DNA of 64,000 nucleotides from Catajapyx aquilonaris (lineage: Eukaryota). A program made the position numbers and the translations under genes. Shown here piece by piece: positions 54,406-64,000 of the stretch (position 1 is its first letter; each line of letters begins with the position of its first letter). The notes beneath the pieces were generated by a model. The model saw only the letters and a list, made by a program, of their open reading frames with translations, ran no database searches and had not been told where the DNA came from. The stretch covers positions 1 to 64,000 of the forward strand of contig JYFJ02000425.1 in assembly GCA_000934665.2 (NCBI GenBank), read 5' to 3'.

Positions 54406-57400
54406 ATGAGTTCCGCCGACTATGACATGTTTTGGACTGACGAAGATGAGGAGAAGAGGTATGTTGGAGCCCGCGGTGGTGGGCTGGCTGGCGGGTGGGG
54501 ATAAGAGTCAAGACCACTCGGTGGGTCATAAGAGGTGGTCGATAATTACGGCGTAATTAACAGGTGAAATGTACTGTACATACACACACAGCTTTTACAG
54601 TACATGATTGCAGTGGATGCTTAGCTATTACTGTGGTAGCTAGAAGTTTCAACTAATCAACTAATTTCAAAGTAGGTACGGTACCACTGATTTCCTTGAC
54701 AGTACAAACCACCAGGAGTATGTTGTGCTTCATTATTGTGATAGTTCAGAGTATGGCAAAAAAATGGGTTCATTTGAATATGTGCATGGTCATCAGGGCT
54801 TCTATCAAGTTGACGGGTTGTGGATGATTACATGGCCAATTATTTCTATGGCAGTACTATCTTCTGTCCTATGCTAATCACTATTGCTGAGGAGTGTGCA
54901 TCAGTGAGTGCCAGGGAAATAAAATGTGCAATAATGACTGTCGATATTCAAGGTCCTGTACAGTAGAAACAAAATAATTGCATTGTCAAAGCATGCTTTG
55001 CTTCCTTATTAATTTCAAAACAGAAAGTAGGCTAGTGGATTATGCTGGTTCTATTCATGTGTGCCTGTGGTAGTAGTCAGTAACCGTGAAATGAACAGGA
55101 CATAGCTACATAGCCACATAGCTCGATGCTTGATTGATTGATGTCTGATGAACTTATGATGACTGGTGGCAGCGAAGTTGACGTTTTGTATATTGTATTT
55201 GTTGTAAATGTTGGGAGTGAATGGGCTAATAAATTCCTAATAAGTACATAGCTACATTGGTCAAATCAAGCTACATCAAGCTACATTCATGCAATCCTCT
55301 ATATTATATTGTTTCTTTTAGTGAACAGGGAAAGAAAGTTGTCTCAGGCCTTCCAGCTGATCTTAGTGATGAAGAAGAAGCCACTGAGGAAGAGTACAGC
55401 AGTACTGATGATGAGAGTCCCGTTTCTGATGATGATGATGAGTATTTTCAATACAATACCACTGCAACATCTGGAAACAGCAGTGAGGAAGAGGCAGAAT
55501 ACAAAAGCTCACAAGAAAAGGCATCTCCATCAACGGACTTATTCACAAGCTGTCCTGAAAGCTGGTGGTCAGATATTGGCCAGGGACATTCTGCTCCTAC
55601 TGAGGAAGCACCCCCACATGACGATGAGGAGGACCTGTTGTGCAAGAAAGTGATTAGAAAGTGGGAAGAGGAGGCCCTGAAACCAGCCGCCTATATTCCA
55701 GTAGAGCAGAGAATGATTTGTGAAGAATATTACAACACCCGTAAAAGCACTCATCCCATAGTCCTTACCACGACGTTCGCCAAGTTCGCTTTTCAAATGG
55801 GATTCCTCACTGACCAAGTAAAAAAACGAGTAAGTAAACTAGATTGGCAAATCACGTGAGCGTGATTAGAGTAGACTTTTTCATGTTCACTGCTATTGTC
55901 CCCAACGTCCGTCACGGTACTGGGACTGAAACCACCCATAACTCATTTTCGGCTAAAAGTGGACTTACCCTTTCCCCCACCCTCCTCCTACCCCCTTTCC
56001 GCCCCTTTCCCCTTCTTTTAGACATTTTTCACCCATCGAAAAAAGTCTTATAGCACGGCTCTGTCCGTCCGTCCGTCCGTCTGTGGACAAGTAATCAGGT
56101 ATCAGGTATTATGGGGTAGGAGGAGGGAGGTGCGAAAGGGTGATCTGGGATATGGGGCGGTGGGGGGGGGGGACTGGGAGGTCAGGGGGAAAGGGGCAGT
56201 GAGGGGAGGGGGCAGCCAGGGGGAAGGGGCGGATTGAGTGAACCCGGAACCCGGAAATCGGCAAAAGAGTCTTATAGCACGGCTCTGTCTGTCTGGTCTG
56301 GAGGGAATGGGCGGTCAGGGGGAGGGGCGGCCAGGGGGCGGGGGGAGTCTTATAGAACGGCTCTGTCTGTCTGTCCCAGTCTGATACCTGTCCACAGACA
56401 GACCGACAAACAGACAGAGCCGTTCTATAATACTTTTTTCTTCGAAATAGTCTAAGACTAGATGACCTGTCTAGTAAATAAGTAACCCGCCATTTAAAAA
56501 ATGCTATCTTTCAGATATTGTTTGAAGGCAGGGGTGCATATGTGATTCCACCAATGAGTGATGTAAGAATTTATTGCTACACTTACCTGGAGGGTGACTC
56601 TAACCCCTTGGAAGGTAATGATGGACGGTTTTTGACCTGGTTATCATTGAGAAGCCCTGCTGTTTCTGAGGGTCTGCGTACAGCTATAAGGAGTATGAAA
56701 TTGGGAGAAACTGCAGAATTCTTAATCTGGCCTGAAGCAGCCTGTGGAATAATAGCCAAAGGGATACTTTGCATTCCAAAAGGTAGTAAGATGATAACCC
56801 CATTTTCTAAATATTGATGTGAATTGTAAAAATGTGACTGATTCCCATATGCAGGCAAGATGGTATTGCACCGTGTGACTCTCCAACATTATTGGGAAAG
56901 GTACCCAAGACGGACTCATGATAAATTGATCATGGGGGCAACAGGAATGATGCGTACGGTGGCTCTCATCATGATTCAGGGAAAAGAATTGTACAACAGG
57001 GGAGACATAGGTTGCAAGGAAAAGTATGAATTTGCTGAAAAGCTGATGCGCAATTCTCCATGTGACACTCGTGCAGAAGAACAGAGCTGGAATGAAATAA
57101 TGTATTTCATTTTTACAATGTTATCACAGAGCCACTTGTGGTTGAAAGATCCATTTGAAACATTACGATATGCAGCAGCGGCCCTAGAGCTCCAGCCTAA
57201 ATGTGTGTGTACTGCTCTAAGGTAAGTACATATTTTTGTAGTTAAACTATCTAGTATTAAAACAAAGCCCAAACAATTTGGCTGATTATCATGAACTACT
57301 GGATTCTTGGAAAACTTGAAGACCCTAGACGAAATCATTGTTAAAATATTTCATGGAATAGTTCATTTGTGTTGTTTATGACCCTTGGTCAAAATTGTTG

Positions 57401-58203
57401 TTCGATTTGATAAATCATTCCCAATATTTGTGGATTACGTATACATTATTATTCTTCTATAGGTATTCAAGGGCTCAAATAATGCTGAAAATGTATGACG
57501 AGGCTCTGGAAAAGCTGGCTGAGATGGAAAAATTATATCCTGAGAACTCGGACATTCGAAGCCTGATCTGCACAGTAAGTTAGTTACAGACGTTATCTAA
57601 AGTAAAATGGCACCAGCGCATACTCTACACTCCATTCTGCTAATGAGCCATTAAAGTATGATAATTATCATGGGCACCATGCCTCAGCAGTGAAATATCT
57701 GAATGTTGTGTTGAATTCTCTGAATAGTGTTCCTATAGGCTACTTCTCAAACTTTACATGAATAATACTATTATTTCGATGTACTGTACTAGGCAGTAAG
57801 TAGTCTACTAGTAAGTAACATCCCACAATTGCAGGCTCAACGTCGTCTAGAGCTCAAAGAGCGAAAGCTGAAAATGAAAGAACCCAAGAAGATGCAGGCA
57901 CCTGACCATCCAAACATTGATGGACTGAAAGCTAAACTTGCTCTTATGATAGAAGAAAGTAATGGGGAGTTGAAGGAGGACACAGTCAATGTTTTGTTTG
58001 ACACCTGCGTTGAGTTCTATAAGAAACGCTTTTGGAAGCGGTATTCTTCCGATACCCTGATCGATATGTTGGATAAACCACATATGAAGTGCTTTCAGGT
58101 CATGTTGAATGAATTTGACTTCAAATTCCGCAAACCCAAATATGGCTCCGAAAGCAAGCTATGTAAGCTGGTTAAGAGGAAGAACACTGTACCCATCCTT
58201 TAA
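54406..58203 (+). CDS. Divergent FKBP-TPR co-chaperone, FKBP6/Shutdown-like, 6 exons
   Basis: Exons 54406-54458, 55322-55829, 56515-56782, 56855-57221, 57463-57574, 57835-58203. Long acidic N-terminus; FKBP fold VKKRILFEGRG...GLRTAIRSMKLGETAEFLIWPEAACG...IPKGKMVLHRVTL; TPRs GKELYNRGD, ALELQPK, AQIMLKMYDEALEKL...LYPENSDI. Confidence 0.8.
55837..56455 (-). mobile_element. Helentron/DINE-1-like (HINE) non-autonomous rolling-circle element, internally rearranged
   Basis: Minus strand 5' TTAGACTATTTC...GTATTATAGAACGGCTCTGTCTG followed by a (GTCY)n microsatellite. 3' end has a subterminal inverted copy (plus TAGACTTTTTC ~55872), a hairpin AATCACG-TGAG-CGTGATT (55850-67) and terminal CTAG-TT (55837-42). 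Confidence 0.7.
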
Positions 58204-58285
58204 ATCATAAGAAACAGTCGTTTGATATAATGTTAACATGTCATTAAAAGAAATCTCGAGTTAAAATGTATTAGAATTGTGGAGG

Positions 58286-58620
58286 TTTTTGTTGACATAA
58301 CTTACATTAAGTATTCCTTTCTCTTCCTCTGTTAGTGTCACTTTCATGAATTAAAAACAAGGAAAAAGTGTACAGCTGTGTGTGCTTACTGAAAGTGTTA
58401 ATAAATAGCAAACAATCATGCAGTATATTATTTTGTAGAATTATTATGGGTTCCCGTCGTGTTCACGTGCGTTGTCTCGGTATTCTGCCGTTCCCTCTCG
58501 CATTAAAAAATCCACCAAGAGCACAGGTATGCAAATACAGCATGGTAATTTTTTAAAACCCAATTAAAAGCCGTTTTCTGTAGTTTTATTCAATATCTCC
58601 AGGATTTATTTACAGAAAGT
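58286..58620 (+). repeat. Non-coding duplicated block, homologous to ~62390-62757
   Basis: Colinear shared words: TTTTTGTTGACA, GTTAGTGTCACTTT.ATGA.TTAA.AACAA, AAAGTGTTAATAAAT, CAAGAGCAC, TAGTTTTA.TCAATA...TATTTACAG. Confidence 0.85.
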
Positions 58621-59452
58621 ACAGAAGCGTCTTCCTTCTATATTGTTCCAGTTTCAGTACAGGAGTGATCGAGGGTAAGTCACTTGTGTTTCAGTGTGAC
58701 AGCACGATGGGCTTCGTATTGATGGAAGTATACGTCCAGAAATTTTATGGACCTTTTTTCCTTAAAAATAGCTAATTTGTGTGCATCTGCGGTAGTCACT
58801 TGCATGTCGGAGACTCAATTTTGACCAAATTTGATCATTTACTATTTTAGGACTTCATGTACTGCTCTGATAGTGAATAATGTTATGTACAGAACTAGGC
58901 CAGTGGCAGAATATTTTCTGACAAGTGTAAATTCAAGCGGGGAAAAAACTTGTTTACAATGACCTCATCCATCAGCAAATAAAAGCAGGAATGTCACGCA
59001 ATTTCGCTGAACTTTATGTGCTGCGAAACATCAACAAGCTGTTATTGAAGGGTCTGGTTGGCAGGCTAGATTTCCCAAAATACAATTTTAAAAACCTCCA
59101 CGTGATATGAAAAGTTTCAAAAGGCAATCAAGGAATTCAAGGATATTGTGTTATGCCATTTTAAGGAGCTCTCCTTAATGCAGAAGCCGTTTGCTTCTCT
59201 GTAGACAAATTAATCGAATCATATACTGTTCCTCTAAAATCGGTTATTCAGATAATTTATTTCGTCAGTAGACTCTTACTCAATATTTTTATGTTAAAAA
59301 CTTCACAGCAACTCTAAAAATATTTTCTAAGAACAGCTGGAAAGTGCAAGAATAAAATTGAATCGCACATCTCCATCAGTAAATACGGCACGTTTAAATG
59401 CCATTGAAATTCGCAGCAAACTATGTCGTCTAGCAGACACGAAGCTGTCGAC

Positions 59453-62262
59453 ATGCTTCGTGCCATTTTCCTTGTGACTTTCATGGCTACCCTCAAGCCA
59501 ATACATACAGGATTTTTGGATGGCAAGTACTCCAGTTTCATCAGTACATATTGGAAATTAACGAAAGTTTATTATATTTTAGGTAGCCATCCTTGTAATC
59601 GAATCTGTAGGTGGGGTAGTACTCGCACCTGCGAGTACACATTTATTATAGAAGATTACCAAACTATGACCTCCCAGTGTGGGCACTGTCCTAGACACGA
59701 ATCAGAGTGCAGCAATACAGGTTGCATACCCGCCGACGGATGGAAGCGCGACGTAACCGTCATTAACCGTCAACTACCATCACCGGACATACAGGTTTGC
59801 CTAGGTGACAGAGTGAAGGTCACGGTCATAAACAAGCTTGTAGAAAGTACAAGCATCCACTGGCACGGTCAACATCAAAGGAAAACTCCCGACATGGACG
59901 GTTTACCTATGGTCACTCAGTGTCCCATCGAAAGCGGGACAAAATTTGTGTACGACTTTAAAGCTGAGCAAGCTGGGACCATGTTTTATCATTCCCATAC
60001 AGGTGAGTGACTGTCAATGTTTTTTTATCTACTAATTCTGCGTGTAATTTGTACCGTATCTAAATTAACCTACATTTTCCCACCCATTATTGCAATATTG
60101 TTATGCACCTTCAGGTTTCCAGAAGGAAGATGGTGTATTCGGGCCCTTCGTAGTTCGGGAAGGGAATGATCCCCTAAAGTCCTGCTATGACGAGGATATG
60201 TTCCAGCATGTCATGATAATCAATGACTGGGCACATATCAGAACTTATACACAATATTCTGAAACTTTGAGGGAAAAGCCAAATGTTCCGCCACTGGGAA
60301 TGCTCATTAACGGAAAAGGCTCCTTCAGCATCCCAGGGACAGTGTATGAGACGCCTTTGGCCGAATTTCACGTCCTGAGAGTAAGAAAATCATTTGTTTG
60401 AATTATGAGCTCAATCAATTGTCACTTATTCTCAGGGCAGGAGGTATCGCTTTAGAGTGATTGGTAGCGGCGCTTTCGCTTGTCCTATTCGAGTGTCCAT
60501 AGATGACCACCAGTTGAACATAATAGCAGTCGATGGATATCCAGTGAAGCCCACATATGGTGAGAAAACTATTTACATTTTTGGATGATTTTTCATGGCA
60601 TTATGCGACATTTTCCTCGGATTATTATATGAAGTAGTAATAGACTCAACGTACCAACAATGTTGCCGTTATTACAGTCGTATCTTTTGTCATCAACACT
60701 GGTGAAAGGTACGACTTTGTCCCACGACATGTGAATAACAACCCAAGTGGCAACTATTGGATCAAATCTCAAGGCCTGATGGCCTGCGAAAACACTACAT
60801 ACCAGTACGGAGTTCTTCGTTACAACTGGGGTTTTGGCATCCCTTCTCAACAGAGGAGTTACCAGAATGCAGCTCCTTCTGTTGTAAGTGTGAGCTGAAA
60901 GAAATAAAAGGCCCACTAATTAAATGCCGCCATTCCTGCTTTTCAGCATGCACATCCGGCACTCTCTCTGAATGAACCGTTCCGTAAAACTTATACCGGC
61001 ACAATTCGTTCAGGCATATTACTTGTTTCTGACTTGAAATCACTGAAAGACGAGGACGATCCCACCTTGAAATATCGACACGTGCATCGAATATACCTAT
61101 TCACTGGACACAAACTTGTACAGGAAAAACTAACCGATCCGCTTTATCCACTAAAAACACGTGAGTAATGCAATAGTACAGTTTATTACTAAAACACATC
61201 TTGTGACAGCATGCTATTAATATAATGTTTTCTTCTTGTACAGTTCGCATACCCAGGAATACGGATTCAATGTGGACATTACCATTCAACAACATTAGTT
61301 TCCGATACCCGACGTATCCCTTACTCACTCAATCCCAGTATTACGACCGCAATTCTTTTTGTAGAGACAGTTTATACGGACGGAAATCCTGTGCGACAGA
61401 ATACTGCGAATGTCCCCATTTGATCAAACTACCATACAACGAGGTGATTGAACTGGTAATAGCGGATTTAGGTAGGGCTTCCACAGTTTGTTATTGTTAT
61501 TGTTGCAGTATTTAAATATTTGCAATATGTTTAATTAATTCAAATTAATTGCTAAGGAATTGGTTAGTGTTCAGGCCACCTCCTTTATTCATATAAATTT
61601 TCAATGACCAAATAGTTTAATTAGTTGAGACTTACATTCAAGTATATTTCAATCAGTGAATGTTATAAGGCAGCCTTCGTTGCTTAACCGATTCCAATTA
61701 TTGTGTAATTTAATGTAATTAAGTCATAATAATTTAATCTTTATTTCTGGAACTGGCCATTATATTTTGATAATAACTGTAATACTGGATTACATATTAG
61801 GTGTACCATTCGCTGCGTCACATCCTATGCACATTCATGGATATGCACCACGAGTGGTTGCCATAAAAAGACTGGGGGCCGAAACCACAGTGGAAGAGGT
61901 TAAAAGAGCTGTCGAGAACATGGAGTACAACGGAGAAAAGAATGTGAAAAACCCACCTTACAAAGACACATTAACTACTCCTGATGGAGGATTCATCATC
62001 TTCCGCTTCTACGCCGACAATCCCGGTAAAGCCCCAGTTTCAAGCTGGAATGTGTAGCAACATGTATATTAACACTATCACCTTTGTTGGTATTTTAGGC
62101 TTCTGGTTCATGCATTGCCATATATCAGTACATTTGCACATCGGAATGGCTGTCATTTTCCAAGTAGGAGAATACAGAGACATATATAAAGATAGGTCTA
62201 TACCAACCACAACATGCGGACATCGAGAACCACTGACAGAAGAAAGTTATATATTAGGATAA
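59453..62262 (+). CDS. Multicopper oxidase F (secreted laccase-like), 9 exons, GC-AG first intron
   Basis: Signal peptide MLRAIFLVTFMATLKPIHTG; HWHG, FYHSH, HPMHIHG, HCHISVHLHIGM. Internal exons missing from the ORF track (starting ~60436, ~60678, ~60947) translate in frame. Ends ESYILG-TAA. Confidence 0.92.
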
Positions 62263-63426
62263 TAAATATGCTACCTCAAGTGCTACCTACAATGTACGAA
62301 ATCTGTGGCATTCTAGAGAATGACTCAAATGGACCGGAAAAGCATGAAATGGTTCTTATTTCACAGGCTGTGGCTGAATCAACTGGTGATTTTTGTTGAC
62401 AAATATTATGCTTCTTTTTTATCTTAATTATGTTAGTGTCACTTTTATGAGTTAACAACAAAAAAGTGTAAAGCAATGTGTGCTCACTACTAGGTCAGTG
62501 TCCAACGTTCAAAAAGTGTTAATAAATGCAATGAATCATGTTTGCAAAAAGAAGAGGTTCTCTCTGTAAAGCGATTTGGTGGCTTCCCCCTGTGTTCACG
62601 ACAGTTTTCTCGGGGTTTTGCAGTAGTTTCCTCCTATACATTCAAAAAATCAGTCAAGAGCACGGCATGAAATACGTAAGGTTTAAAAGAACATCCACTG
62701 AAAGGCCCTTTACGATATAGTTTTACTCAATAGCTTCTAGGACCTATTTACAGGAAAACTATGTGAGATGAAACGTTTTAAAAAGAAATCAAGAAATTTT
62801 ATTATGCCTTGATCCTGTAACATTTGAAGAGCTATCATTTATGCACAAGCACTTATTAGGTGTAAGTACAATATATGCAGGGAAACTACGGGATGTTCAC
62901 CGAATGCTTTGTTGGAACTCGGGGTGTACGAGAGTCAACTCGTATATTAATGGGGGTAGTAATGACGAAGACTCCTTTCATTACACATCATCACTTGCGT
63001 CAGCGAAGCACTTACGCAAGTAATATTATTCGACAATTCGTTCAATGCAATGCAATGGTAAAGTTCTCATTTTGATCTAAAGGTTTTTAAAAATGATACA
63101 AAACAAATTTGTGCCAATTTATTAGAGTAGTTGTGCCTAAAACTACAGTAATTCTGCTTCATGTGGTAAATAACAAAACGTGATTTTGGTGTCCAACCTT
63201 AATCATACCTCTGCGATATCCAATAATAATTTATTATTCAGCAGCAGACGGTTATGCATTCACATTATAATTATTAATAACTGCACAGATGCTCTAAAAT
63301 ATATTGCGCAGCTGGAAAGTCTAAGAACCAATAGAATCTCACCTCCCCATCAATAAACGCGGCACCTTTAAATGCTTGCGCAATTCGCAGCAAACTGTGT
63401 TGTCTGGCAGGCACGAAGAGGTCAAC

Positions 63427-63984
63427 ATGTTTCGGCCCTTGATGTTTGTGGCTTGCATGGCCCTGCTAAAGCCAATGCCTGCAGGGTTTTTGGATGGCAA
63501 GTACTCCAATTTCATCAGTTCACATTGAAAAATCTTATAACGAAAGTTTATAATTTAGGGAATCATTCTTGTAATCGAGTCTGTCGGTGGGGAGACACTC
63601 GAACCTGCGAGTACACATTTATCGTAGAAGATTACCAAACAATGACCCCCCAGTGTGGGCATTGTCCTACACCTGGACACGAATCACAGTGCAACTATTC
63701 AGGTTGCATAGCTGCCGATGGATGGCAGAGAGAGGTAACCGTCATTAACCGTCAGCTACCATCACCAGACATACAGGTTTGCAAAGGTGACAGAGTGAAG
63801 GTCACGGTCATAAACAAGCTTGTAGAAAGTACAAGCATCCACTGGCACGGTCAACATCAAAAGAAAACCCCCCACATGGACGGTGTACCTATGGTCACTC
63901 AATGTCCCATCGAAGGCGGGACAAAATTCGTGTACGACTTTGTAGCTGAGCAAGCTGGGACTATGTTTTATCATTCCCATACAG
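63427..63984 (+). CDS. Multicopper oxidase G, 5' part (exons 1-2); recent duplicate of F, continues beyond the window
   Basis: Signal peptide MFRPLMFVACMALLKPMPAG; exon 63559-63984 is nearly identical to F ([32 protein letters not shown]); donor G|gtgagt at 63985. Confidence 0.9.
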
Positions 63985-64000
63985 GTGAGTGATTTTCCCT

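Noticed and set aside
60410..61200. MCO F as a pseudogene, because the ORF track shows no MCO-like peptides here
   Set aside because: Manual splicing gives three in-frame exons (GRRYRFRVI..., INTGERYDF...YWIKSQGL..., LNEPFRK...) with canonical sites.
32968..63984. Horizontal acquisition of the laccases from fungi or bacteria
   Set aside because: All have the animal-type Cys-rich N-terminal region and share intron positions with the MCO1-like copy, which points to vertical duplication.

Overview
Animal genomic DNA, most likely a compact arthropod genome (GT-AG introns mostly 50-100 bp). All gene models below were spliced by hand. Minus strand, left half: the first coding exon of an FNDC3/miles-to-go-like gene followed by a >15 kb intron running off the window start, a complete ECT2/pebble RhoGEF, and a complete SLC22 transporter. 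Plus strand, right half: a tandem array of at least seven three-domain multicopper oxidase (laccase-like) genes, six complete with all copper ligands and one cut by the window end. The array sits head-to-head with the SLC22 gene. It is interrupted by two small secreted 8-Cys proteins with odorant-binding-protein-like C-x3-C / C-x8-C spacing, which the ORF track largely misses, and by a highly degenerate FKBP6/Shutdown-like gene. Mobile DNA: a mariner-derived foldback element and a tRNA-derived SINE in ECT2 introns, a modular TA-flanked foldback MITE, and a Helentron/DINE-1-like element. Best candidate for a new system, inferred from co-location only: transporter + diversified secreted laccases + OBP-like carriers acting as an extracellular phenol/quinone-chemistry gene cluster.
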